NCBI GenBank assembly: GCA_017429165.1
Contig: JAFRPL010000037.1
Coordinates: 3,009 to 67,008 of the forward strand
Origin: Clostridia bacterium
GTDB lineage: Bacteria; Bacillota; Clostridia; Oscillospirales; CAG-382
Direction of reading: 5' to 3'
Length of the DNA: 64,000 nucleotides
Shown: positions 56,308-64,000 of the stretch, piece after piece
Position numbering within the stretch: position 1 is the first letter of the stretch
Layout: every line of letters begins with the position of its first letter
The notes under the pieces: model-generated
Seen by the model: only the letters and a program-made list of their open reading frames with translations
The model's database searches: none
Told to the model about the DNA's origin: nothing
Translations under genes and position numbers: made by a program

Positions 56308-56323
56308 ATTTATCTATTCTCTT

Positions 56324-57145
56324 TTATCTGTTCATATCGAGGTCGACGACGAATTCGCTGTCAGTGATCTTATGGCCGAAAGTGACACGCGTGCAGTCGT
56401 AATCGAACTGCCCGAACGAAATATCGGGCCACAGTCCGCGGTGATCGGTGTATTTATCGAGCCACGCGTGTTCCCTGCCGCCGTACCATATGCGCGCGTT
56501 TGTCACGCAGATGTTTTTGAGCTTGAGCCCTTCGTCGGTGTTATAGAGCGTTATCTCGGCGAAGTCTTCCGAAGGAGCGCCGGATCTGTCGAATTTGGTA
56601 TCAGGCGGATAATCGAGCGCGAAATTCATAAGGCAGGCGGTATCGCGTCCGCTTGCGCAAAGTCCCTTTACAGGGAACGTTCTGATATCGGCGTATACTT
56701 TTTCGTCAAGGTCGAATACCGAGATCACGGCATATCCGTCTATGCGGAGCGTGTCGAGTTCCAGGCGGTAGTTATGCACGCCGTCGAGCGTGATATTAGA
56801 TTCGTACCAGCCGGGAACGCCTTCCGCGGGGTCGTATATATTGTAAAAAAGGTGCCATCTGCCGGGGTTGCCGCTGTAGCAGAAACCGGTGTCGAAGCAG
56901 TTGATCCAGCTGCTGCCGGAATAGATGTCGCACCCTAAGAACATATAGCCGTTGACGGTCTTTCCGTCGGAAGCGCGGACGTTCTGTATTTCGAGTGAAG
57001 AAAAATCGATATCCATAGAACATCTGCCGCTGCCTAAAGCGCCGTAGACGACGTAGGCGGGGCCGTCGTTGTCGCCCATTTTCATTCCGGCGTTATCGTA
57101 TGCGCGGTTGGTGAATATCTTGGGAAGCAGGTTGATAGCTTTCAT
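56324..57145 (-). CDS. Hypothetical cytoplasmic protein (273 aa), beta-rich, W/Y/G/D-rich
   Basis: Start moved to ATG 57145 (MKAINLLPKIF) behind GGAGT. It has its own strong promoter, no signal peptide, and no family recognised. Confidence 0.6.
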   Translation of the reverse strand: MKAINLLPKIFTNRAYDNAGMKMGDNDGPAYVVYGALGSGRCSMDIDFSSLEIQNVRASDGKTVNGYMFLGCDIYSGSSWINCFDTGFCYSGNPGRWHLFYNIYDPAEGVPGWYESNITLDGVHNYRLELDTLRIDGYAVISVFDLDEKVYADIRTFPVKGLCASGRDTACLMNFALDYPPDTKFDRSGAPSEDFAEITLYNTDEGLKLKNICVTNARIWYGGREHAWLDKYTDHRGLWPDISFGQFDYDCTRVTFGHKITDSEFVVDLDMNR

Positions 57146-57175
57146 TATTAAACTCCTTACCTCATATTTATTGTT

Positions 57176-57204
57176 ATTGTACCACACCTGTACGGATTTG
57201 TCAA
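57176..57204 (-). promoter_or_regulatory. Sigma-A promoter of the 273-aa gene
   Basis: Minus strand reads TTGACA (57204-57199), 17 nt, TGg-extended TACAAT (57181-57176). Confidence 0.6.
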
Positions 57205-57213
57205 ATATTATCA

Positions 57214-57242
57214 TTGACAAAAGCGCAAAACGGATATAAAAT
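57214..57242 (+). promoter_or_regulatory. Sigma-A promoter of glycerate kinase
   Basis: TTGACA (57214-57219), 17 nt, TAAAAT (57237-57242). Its -35 box is the right arm of the inverted repeat TTTGTCAA-9nt-TTGACAAA. The leader is short. Confidence 0.45.
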
Positions 57243-57261
57243 CTATACAGGGTGATGCGTT

Positions 57262-58371
57262 TTGAAGATACTTGTCGCCTGCGATTCGTTCAAAGGCAGT
57301 TTTTCTTCCGCAAAAGCAGGAGATATTATAAGATCCGGTCTCATTGAAGGCGGGATCCGTGAAGTCGAAGTCTGCCCCGTTTCCGACGGCGGCGACGGGT
57401 TCGGCAGCGTGATAGCGCGCGCGGAAGGCGCGGAAAAGCGAACGGCAAAGGTAAAGGACGCGTTTTTCGGCGAAACGGAAGCGGAATACCATTTTATAAA
57501 CGGCGACGCCTATATAGAATCGGCGCGCGCGTGCGGACTGCGGTTCGGCAAAGACGTGATGCGCGCAACGTCCTACGGCGTGGGGCAGCTCATATATTCA
57601 GCGGCGGTGAACGGAGCCGAAAATATTTATCTCGGTCTGGGAGGCAGCGGCACCAATGACGGCGGCTGCGGCATGGCGTGCGCGCTTGGCGTTAAGTTTT
57701 ATTCGGATTATTCGTTCATTCCCACCGGCAGGAACCTGCGCGAAATAAAACGCATAGACACGTCTTCGCTTTTCCCGATACTCAAGAATACGAACGTCTT
57801 CGCCTGCACGGACGTTGACACGCCGTTTTACGGCAAAGACGGCGCGGCGCTGACTTTTTCGCGTCAGAAAGGCGCCACCGCCGAAGAGGCGCTTCGGCTG
57901 GACGACGGCATGAAACATCTTGCGTCGCTTTTGCCGGTCGACGTCAATTCCCTGCCCGGGAGCGGCGCCGCGGGAGGGCTCGGCGGCGGGATCGCCGCTT
58001 TTCTGGGCGGAAAGATAGTTTTAGGGTTCGACGTCATAGAGCGGCTTGTAGGTCTTGAAGAAAAGGTCGTAAAAGCCGATATAGTCATTACGGGCGAAGG
58101 CAGGACCGATTCCCAGACCGCACACGGAAAGCTCCCCGCGCGCGTGGCAGAGCTGTGCAAGGTGCACCGCAAGCCGTGCTACATTATAAGCGGAAGCGTG
58201 AAAGGCGACGTTTCGCCGCTTGCGGATATGGGAGTGAGCGGTATTTTTGCGTCTTACGCCGAATCGCCCGTGCAGATAGATAAGGAAGACGCCGAAAAGC
58301 GGCTGCGCGCCGTGGCGTGCAAAGCCGCCGAGACGATCAAAGCCGGTATGTATTTTTCCGATGATTTTTGA
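57262..58371 (+). CDS. glxK: Glycerate kinase
   Basis: TTG start. KILVACDSFKGS, VSDGGDG, GLGGSGTNDGGCGM, GAAGGLGGG and VITGEGRTDSQT are glycerate kinase family blocks. Confidence 0.88.
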   Translation: MKILVACDSFKGSFSSAKAGDIIRSGLIEGGIREVEVCPVSDGGDGFGSVIARAEGAEKRTAKVKDAFFGETEAEYHFINGDAYIESARACGLRFGKDVMRATSYGVGQLIYSAAVNGAENIYLGLGGSGTNDGGCGMACALGVKFYSDYSFIPTGRNLREIKRIDTSSLFPILKNTNVFACTDVDTPFYGKDGAALTFSRQKGATAEEALRLDDGMKHLASLLPVDVNSLPGSGAAGGLGGGIAAFLGGKIVLGFDVIERLVGLEEKVVKADIVITGEGRTDSQTAHGKLPARVAELCKVHRKPCYIISGSVKGDVSPLADMGVSGIFASYAESPVQIDKEDAEKRLRAVACKAAETIKAGMYFSDDF

Positions 58372-58387
58372 CTTTATAATTAAAATC

Positions 58388-58424
58388 AACGCCCGGGTAC
58401 AAGCCCAGGGCGTTTTGTATTTTT
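58388..58424 (+). terminator. Terminator of glxK
   Basis: AACGCCCGGG / CCC(a)GGGCGTT hairpin followed by TTGTATTTTTATTT. Confidence 0.7.
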
Positions 58425-58977
58425 ATTTGAGGCGTTTAATATTCTTTTCGGGCACGTTTGAAAGCAGCAGTTCAACGGCTTTTTCGTAATGTCCGGGTTC
58501 TGAAAAACATTCTTTTGCACAATACAACAAGTCCCAGGCGTTTTTTTCACCCATATAAAAAAGCCAGCAATCATGCAGTTCTTTCGCCTTGAAGACCTCA
58601 TCATAACGCACCGTAGCTGAGTTTTCGGAGTCTGACATAACGCGTCTGTCGGGATAATACACGTAGTGCTCGGGTCCCGGGTGATTTTTACGGAATTGCG
58701 AAACGCAGGCCTTTATTTTCTTTGGGATATCCAAAATAAGTGTTTTCGCGCAGAACAGCACGAAAATAACTCCGAGAACTATATATAAAACGGCGGTAGC
58801 GGTATAACCTTTCATGAAATCATAAACGGCGAGCATGCCGCACATTACAGTAATAACAGGAAATAAAATAATATAATAGATCCTGGCTTTACGGAACAGC
58901 GAGCCGAACACGTAATTCAAGGTCTCGTCGGTTATCGGAGTAAGATCGCCTTCTATAACGGGTATCGAATTATCCAA
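58423..58977 (-). CDS. Hypothetical membrane protein (two TM segments + cytoplasmic domain; possibly YcxB-like)
   Basis: 184 aa. TM1 is YYIILFPVITVMCGMLAVY and TM2 is AVLYIVLGVIFVLFCA. The family call is a weak recollection. Confidence 0.5.
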   Translation of the reverse strand: MDNSIPVIEGDLTPITDETLNYVFGSLFRKARIYYIILFPVITVMCGMLAVYDFMKGYTATAVLYIVLGVIFVLFCAKTLILDIPKKIKACVSQFRKNHPGPEHYVYYPDRRVMSDSENSATVRYDEVFKAKELHDCWLFYMGEKNAWDLLYCAKECFSEPGHYEKAVELLLSNVPEKNIKRLK

Positions 58978-59014
58978 TATTTATTTCTCCTTTCTGATAA
59001 ATGTTATCGGAAAA

Positions 59015-59043
59015 CACGGGCGCCTTTTTTGCAAAGGCGCCCG
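59015..59043 (-). terminator. Terminator of fba
   Basis: ACGGGCGCCTTT / AAAGGCGCCCGT 12-bp stem. On the minus strand it is followed by GTTTTCC. Confidence 0.65.
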
Positions 59044-59057
59044 TTTTTTGTTTTGAT

Positions 59058-60026
59058 TTACGCTTTTCCGCTGCAGCCGAGCACGTCGACGAGCTTATGG
59101 CGAACAAGTTCCTTGATATTGGCGCGCGCGGGTTTGAGATATTCGCGCGGGTCGAATTTATCGGGATGTTCGGCAAAGAACTTGCGGATCGAGCCGGTCA
59201 TGGCGAGACGGAGGTCGGAATCGATGTTGATCTTGCAGACGGAGCTGCGCGCAGCTTCGCGGAGCTGGCTTTCGGGTATGCCGACCGCGTCGGGCATTGC
59301 GCCGCCGTTTTCGTTGATCATCTTGACGTATTCCTGAGGAACGGAAGACGAACCGTGGAGCACTATGGGGAACCCGGGCAGGCGTTTTTCGACCTCTTTG
59401 AGCACGTCGAAACGGAGAGGAGGCGGGACGAGTATGCCTTCCTCGTTGCGTGTGCACTGAGCGGCGGTGAATTTGTAAGCGCCGTGCGAGGTGCCGATGG
59501 CTATTGCGAGCGAGTCGCAGCCGGTCCTGGAAACGAATTCTTCGACCTCTTCGGGATGCGTATAGGATTCAGCACCGTGTTCGACTTTTACTTCGTCTTC
59601 GATACCGGCGAGAGTGCCGAGCTCGGCTTCGACGACCACGCCGTGGGCGTGAGCGTATTCGACGACCTTTTTGGTGATCTCGATATTTTCGGCAAAAGGT
59701 TTAGAAGAAGCGTCGATCATGACGGAGGTGAAACCGCCGTCGATGCACGCTTTGCAGGTCTCGAAATCGGGGCCGTGGTCAAGATGCAGCACGATGGGGA
59801 TCTCGGGGCATTCGATGACGGCGGCTTCGACGAGTTTGACGAGGTAAGTATGGTTGGCGTATGCGCGGGCGCCTTTGGATACCTGCAGGATAACGGGAGC
59901 GTGTTCTTCTTTGCACGCTTCGGTTATGGCCTGTACGATCTCCATATTGTTGACGTTGAACGCGCCGATGGCGTAACCGCCGTTGTACGCCTTTTTGAAC
60001 ATTTCGGTACTAGTTACGAGTGGCAT
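59058..60026 (-). CDS. fba: Fructose-1,6-bisphosphate aldolase, class II
   Basis: 322 aa. GAFNVNNME, VILQVS, LHLDHG, SVMIDAS, EAELG and HGSS. Confidence 0.95.
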   Translation of the reverse strand: MPLVTSTEMFKKAYNGGYAIGAFNVNNMEIVQAITEACKEEHAPVILQVSKGARAYANHTYLVKLVEAAVIECPEIPIVLHLDHGPDFETCKACIDGGFTSVMIDASSKPFAENIEITKKVVEYAHAHGVVVEAELGTLAGIEDEVKVEHGAESYTHPEEVEEFVSRTGCDSLAIAIGTSHGAYKFTAAQCTRNEEGILVPPPLRFDVLKEVEKRLPGFPIVLHGSSSVPQEYVKMINENGGAMPDAVGIPESQLREAARSSVCKINIDSDLRLAMTGSIRKFFAEHPDKFDPREYLKPARANIKELVRHKLVDVLGCSGKA

Positions 60027-60061
60027 TTTTGTTCTCCTTGTTCTATGTAAAATAAGTTATA

Positions 60062-61573
60062 TCAGTTGCTGAAGTAATCGACGGTGTCCTGCATTTCGGT
60101 TTCCATTTTGCCCTGAGCGGATTCGAGCGAAGACATATAGTCGAACGACGAGCCGTTGGCTACGTTGGCAATGAAATCGCGCGCGCCGCCCCAGTTGAAT
60201 ATGGAGCCGATATCGTAAACGCGGCTTGCAAAGATACGGTCGAGCATATCGCTGTCTTCCTGGTCGCGAGCTTTCTGAAGCTTGAAAATGCGTTCATAGT
60301 AGTCGAACTTGACCGTTGCGGTGGAGGCGGCGTTCATGGCTTCGAGCAGGATCGCGGCGTTTTCGGGTTCGGGATTGCTCACGGGGATCACGCAGCCGGT
60401 GGCTTTGATGACCGAGATGTAGGAATAGTATCTATCCTGATCCTTGGTATATTTGGGCGTGATGAGCATACCGAAGTTGCAGTCGTAATCGGCGAGGTTG
60501 AGAACGTCGGAAAGCGAGATGGTGACGAACAGAGCGCCGTCGTTGCCGAGTCTGTCGCGAGCCGCCCAGTAGCAGTTCTTGAAGCCGTCGGCTATCGCCT
60601 GGCTGTTGAAGCCCTCGTCATATATGACTTTTTCGTCGTGGAAAATATCGAATATCTTCTTAGTGACGTCGACCTGACGTTCGCCCGCGAAAGCGAGCTG
60701 AGGAACGCCTTCCGCGCTTTTTGTGACGAATTTTTCACCGGAACCGATATAAAGCGAGTTGGAATAGTTCCAGTTGATAAACAGACCTATGGTGTCCTTG
60801 TAGGAAAGGCCGTCGACGCCGTCGGTATCCTGAGTGACCGCACGCGCCATCTCAAGCATTTTATCCATAGTCCATTCGCCGTTTTCGACAAGTTCGTAAG
60901 GACTTTCGAGACGGTTGTTATTGAGCACGTTCTTATTGAAGATCATGCAGTGGGTGACGTCCATGGTGAGCAGCGAAAAGTCGCCGGTAGTCATATAAAG
61001 CTTGTCGCCGAAAGAAAGGTCGGCGTCGGCGTTCTGATCCCAGTAGGGCGCGTCGAAATTGATGATATCCTTGAATTCGTAAAGATCAAGGAACAGATCT
61101 TCCATAATGAGGGGAGCGCCGGTAGTCATATACGGACATGCGATGTCGAAATCGGGAACGTCCAGAGCGGCGCTGCGCAGTTCGGTCGCCATATTGTCGG
61201 TACGTCTTTCGGCTATGGTGCAGCCGAGCTTTTCTTCTACAAGATTGTTCCTTTCGAGTACGGAGCTTGCGATCTCGGCGCCGTTTTCTTCGTTAGGCAT
61301 TATTTCCACAGAAGGATAGCCGAGCGCGCCGTTTTCGACGAGGAAGGTGATGGTGAGTCCGTTGAGCGCGAGATCATCGAGATGATCGAGAGGACCGCGG
61401 GATACTTCCTCGGAAGATTCTGCGGGAACGGAATCTTCGCCGGAAGGCTGTTCCGTATTGCTTTCGCCGGCGGGCTGGTCGGAATTTTCGTTCCCGCTGT
61501 TGGAGCAGGAAACGACCAGCGTGAGCGCAAGCAGGACAGCAAGGATGAGCGAAACGAGTTTTAATGCTTTCAT
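60062..61573 (-). CDS. Extracellular solute-binding lipoprotein, paralogue 3
   Basis: Lipobox LVVSCSNSG. Highly similar over its full length to paralogue 4. Only 35 nt separate its stop from the fba start. Confidence 0.65.
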   Translation of the reverse strand: MKALKLVSLILAVLLALTLVVSCSNSGNENSDQPAGESNTEQPSGEDSVPAESSEEVSRGPLDHLDDLALNGLTITFLVENGALGYPSVEIMPNEENGAEIASSVLERNNLVEEKLGCTIAERRTDNMATELRSAALDVPDFDIACPYMTTGAPLIMEDLFLDLYEFKDIINFDAPYWDQNADADLSFGDKLYMTTGDFSLLTMDVTHCMIFNKNVLNNNRLESPYELVENGEWTMDKMLEMARAVTQDTDGVDGLSYKDTIGLFINWNYSNSLYIGSGEKFVTKSAEGVPQLAFAGERQVDVTKKIFDIFHDEKVIYDEGFNSQAIADGFKNCYWAARDRLGNDGALFVTISLSDVLNLADYDCNFGMLITPKYTKDQDRYYSYISVIKATGCVIPVSNPEPENAAILLEAMNAASTATVKFDYYERIFKLQKARDQEDSDMLDRIFASRVYDIGSIFNWGGARDFIANVANGSSFDYMSSLESAQGKMETEMQDTVDYFSN

Positions 61574-61605
61574 TGATGTTCCTCCTTGTATTATAATTTA
61601 CCTTG

Positions 61606-61633
61606 ATTATATCACAAAACCCATAAATGTCAA
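61606..61633 (-). promoter_or_regulatory. Consensus sigma-A promoter of SBP paralogue 3
   Basis: Minus strand reads TTGACA (61633-61628), 16 nt, TGa-extended TATAAT (61611-61606). Confidence 0.6.
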
Positions 61634-61703
61634 TAGAAATTAACATATTAAAGCGACGAAAGCGCGTGATACGGCGGATAAATACGGTCTTTGCTTTTTA
61701 AAT

Positions 61704-63224
61704 TCAGTTTCCGCTGAAGAAATCGACCGTATCCTGTATCTGAGACTCCATCCTGCCGCGGGACGCTTCGAGCGACGACACGTAATCGAACGACGCGCCG
61801 CGCGCCACGTTCATTATGAAATCGCGCGCTCCGCCCCAGTTGAATATGGAACCGATATCGTAAACGCGGCTGGCAAAAATGCGGTCAAGCATATCGCTGT
61901 CTTCCTGGTCTCTTACCTTCTGGAGCTTGAATATGCGCTCGTAATAATTGAACTTGACCGTATCTGTCGAGGCGGCGTTGAGCGCTTCCAGAAGCAGCGC
62001 GGCTTTTTCGGGTTCCTCGTTGCCCGCCGGGATCACGCAGCCCGTGGCGTATATTACCGAAATATACGAATAATAGCGGTCCTGCTCCCTTGCGTACTTT
62101 GGCGTGATGAGCAGGCCGAAATTCGCGTCGTACATCGAAAGGTTGAACACGCCTTCCAAAGAAGTCGTGCAGAACAGAGCGCCGTCGTTGGCGAGCCTGT
62201 CGCGTGCGGCCCAGTAACAGTTTTCAAAGCCGTCGGCGATCGCCTGCGCGTTGAAGTTTTCTTTGTTGAGTATCATTTCGTCGTGAAAGATATCGAAAAT
62301 CTTTTTGGTGACGTCTGTCTGCCTTTCGCCCTCGAACGCAAGCACCGGCACGCCGTTTTTATCTTTGGCGACGAACTTTTCGCCTGAGCCGATATAGAAC
62401 GAATTGGCGTAGTTGTTGTTGCACAGCAGACCGATGGTATCGGTATACTGCAGGCCGGGCTCGCCGTTGTCGTCAAAGGTGACCTGATGCGCCATCTCGA
62501 CCATTTTATCCATAGTCCATTCGCCTTTTTCAACGAGCTCGTAGGGACTTTCCAGGCCGTATTTTTCAACGAGCCCCTTGCTGAATATAAGCACGTGCGT
62601 CACGTCCATCGTGAGCAGCGAAAAGTCGCCGGTCGTCATATAGAGCTTGCCGCCCAGCGTAAGATCACTGTCGGCGTTCTGATCCCAGTACGGAGCGTCG
62701 AAGTTGATGATATCCGAAAATTCGTACAGATCGTAGAAAAGCCCTTCTATTATGAGCGGAGCGCCGGTAGTCATATAGGGGCAAGCGATATCGAAATCCG
62801 GCTTGCTCGCGGCGGCGCGGCGGAGTTCGTCCGCCATATTATCGGTTCGCCTTTCGACAATGGTACAGCCGAGCTTTTCTTCTACGATATTGTTGCGCTC
62901 GGCGACATACGGCGCGTAGGCGGCGCCTTTTTCTTCGTTGGGGATTATCTCCACGGGGATATACGAGCCCGACCCGTTTTCCACTAAAAACGTTACAGTC
63001 TCGCCGTTGAGCGCCATGTCCTCAAGATGATCGAGCGGCCCGCGGGAAACTTCTTCGGAAGATTCGGAGTCGGGAGCCGAAGTTCCGTCCGCCGAAGCGG
63101 GATCTTCGCTGACATCTCCCGCCGAAGGAACGGAAGCGTCCTGTCCCTGATTACCGCACGAAACGGCGAACGCCGCCGCGATAAGCAGCGCGAGCAAAAA
63201 CGATAATATCTTCGATATTTTCAT
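61704..63224 (-). CDS. Extracellular solute-binding lipoprotein, paralogue 4
   Basis: Start moved to ATG 63224 (MKISKILSFLLALLIAAAFAVSCGNQ) behind GGAGA. Long identical stretches are shared with paralogue 3 (EEVSRGPLDHL, DFDIACPYMTTGAPLI, INFDAPYWDQNAD, LYMTTGDFSLLTMDVTH, DRIFASRVYDIGSIFNWGGARDF). Confidence 0.65.
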   Translation of the reverse strand: MKISKILSFLLALLIAAAFAVSCGNQGQDASVPSAGDVSEDPASADGTSAPDSESSEEVSRGPLDHLEDMALNGETVTFLVENGSGSYIPVEIIPNEEKGAAYAPYVAERNNIVEEKLGCTIVERRTDNMADELRRAAASKPDFDIACPYMTTGAPLIIEGLFYDLYEFSDIINFDAPYWDQNADSDLTLGGKLYMTTGDFSLLTMDVTHVLIFSKGLVEKYGLESPYELVEKGEWTMDKMVEMAHQVTFDDNGEPGLQYTDTIGLLCNNNYANSFYIGSGEKFVAKDKNGVPVLAFEGERQTDVTKKIFDIFHDEMILNKENFNAQAIADGFENCYWAARDRLANDGALFCTTSLEGVFNLSMYDANFGLLITPKYAREQDRYYSYISVIYATGCVIPAGNEEPEKAALLLEALNAASTDTVKFNYYERIFKLQKVRDQEDSDMLDRIFASRVYDIGSIFNWGGARDFIMNVARGASFDYVSSLEASRGRMESQIQDTVDFFSGN

Positions 63225-63271
63225 GATTTTTTCTCCTGCATGCAATGTGATGTTTTTATAAGCCAAAGCAA

Positions 63272-63299
63272 ACGCCCGAACGCAGGCGCGTTCGGGCGT
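63272..63299 (-). terminator. Hairpin after the phosphofructokinase gene
   Basis: Perfect 12-bp stem ACGCCCGAACGC / GCGTTCGGGCGT with a 4-nt loop. On the minus strand it is followed by TTGCTTTGGCTT, an imperfect U-tract. Confidence 0.6.
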
Positions 63300-63308
63300 G
63301 ATGAAACT

Positions 63309-64000
63309 TTATACGGTAGCTCTGACCTTTTTGAGATGCACGAACCTGGGAAGTCCGTCTTCCTTGACGAGTTTGGTCTCGCCCTGGATGAGCGGCAGCG
63401 CGTATTCGACGAATTTTTCGTTGAGTCCGTCTTTTTCTGCGTTGAACCAGTCGGCGGGGATCTTCTTTTCGGTGTTTGCGACCGAAGTGAGGTCAAACAG
63501 CTTTATATTGCAGACGTATTTGCCGTTTTCGTACGTGCGTTCAAATCCGACCATTTTGTCGGTCGTGCCTTCCACGGCGTATTCGACCGCTGCGCGGCCG
63601 GCGGCGTAGGATTCGTCGATATCGGTCTGCGAAGCGCAGTGCGCGGCGCAGCGCTGGAGCAGCGAAAGCTCGATGCCTCTGACCTTTGCGCCGGTCTGTG
63701 ATTTGATATAGTTTGCGAGGTAGGAGGCGAGCCCGCCGAGCTGGGCGTGCCCGAAACCGTCCTTGGCGTTGGAAAGGTCGTTGCCGTATTCGGAAATATA
63801 CTTGCCGTTTTTGTCCTTGATGCCTTCGGAAACGGCGACGATGCATTTGCCGGTGCGGGCGTAGATGTCCTTGATCTTTTCCATGCACGCGTCGAGATCG
63901 AAATCGTTTTCGGGGCAGTAGATGAGGTCGGGGCCGCATCCCTTGTAGGAAGCGAGCGAGGCGGCGGCGGTGAGCCAGCCGGCGTTTCTGCCCATTATCT
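63309..64000 (-). CDS. 6-phosphofructokinase family (ATP- or PPi-dependent), C-terminal roughly 230 aa; gene continues beyond the right edge
   Basis: The reading frame stays open to the window edge (..IMGRNAGWLTAAASLA). MGRxxG is the PFK active-site block. The long C-terminal extension is as in PPi-type/long PFKs. The phosphoryl-donor signature residues lie outside the window. Confidence 0.8.
   Translation of the reverse strand, partial: IMGRNAGWLTAAASLASYKGCGPDLIYCPENDFDLDACMEKIKDIYARTGKCIVAVSEGIKDKNGKYISEYGNDLSNAKDGFGHAQLGGLASYLANYIKSQTGAKVRGIELSLLQRCAAHCASQTDIDESYAAGRAAVEYAVEGTTDKMVGFERTYENGKYVCNIKLFDLTSVANTEKKIPADWFNAEKDGLNEKFVEYALPLIQGETKLVKEDGLPRFVHLKKVRATV

Overview
This is a 64-kb chromosomal window from a moderately GC-rich Firmicutes/Clostridia-type genome. 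That placement is inferred from lepA-hemW, comEC-holA and rpsB-tsf synteny, a Cheo-type LexA operator, sigma-A promoters with TGn-extended -10 boxes, lipobox lipoproteins and tRNAs with encoded CCA. I call about 58 protein genes, one 4-tRNA operon (Asp-Phe-Gly-Thr, minus strand), two decayed genes, about 15 near-consensus promoters and about 13 rho-independent terminators. (i) 1-3.5 kb holds a deaminase-first MTA/5'-deoxyadenosine salvage operon (mtaD-like deaminase, PunA-type phosphorylase, mtnA) translationally coupled to a DagK-family kinase. (ii) 3.6-24.2 kb holds housekeeping genes: lepA, hemW, tsf, rpsB, alaS, HIT, comEC, holA, Toprim/RNase M5-like and mtaB. It also holds an N-acylglucosamine 2-epimerase gene broken by a single in-frame TAG. 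(iii) 24.2-39.8 kb is a long minus-strand amino-sugar/surface-glycan region: NahK-like anomeric kinase, cytoplasmic GH123-like/DUF4091 protein, COG2509 flavoprotein, two TIM-barrel isomerases, DUF4855-like surface protein, CBM9-like lipoprotein, DD-carboxypeptidase and two large solute-binding lipoproteins with no ABC permease or ATPase. (iv) 39.9-46.8 kb holds an aminotransferase, asnS, nagB and trkAH. (v) 46.9-56.3 kb is the most unusual part. It is a compact, fully intact phage-derived cassette: small and large terminase, portal, scaffold, capsid, four unassigned virion-like proteins, a holin and a TM protein. It has no integrase, repressor, replication, long-tail, receptor-binding or endolysin genes. 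It is fenced by strong terminators and preceded by a perfect LexA box next to its only recognisable promoter, which makes it a candidate SOS-wired, domesticated (GTA-like) particle system. (vi) 56.3-64 kb holds an unknown 298-aa protein, glycerate kinase, class II FBP aldolase, two more tandem solute-binding paralogues and the 3' part of a phosphofructokinase. I saw no CRISPR array, rRNA, transposase or integrase. All calls rest on reading the translated ORFs, motifs and hairpins by eye; no database search or folding program was run.
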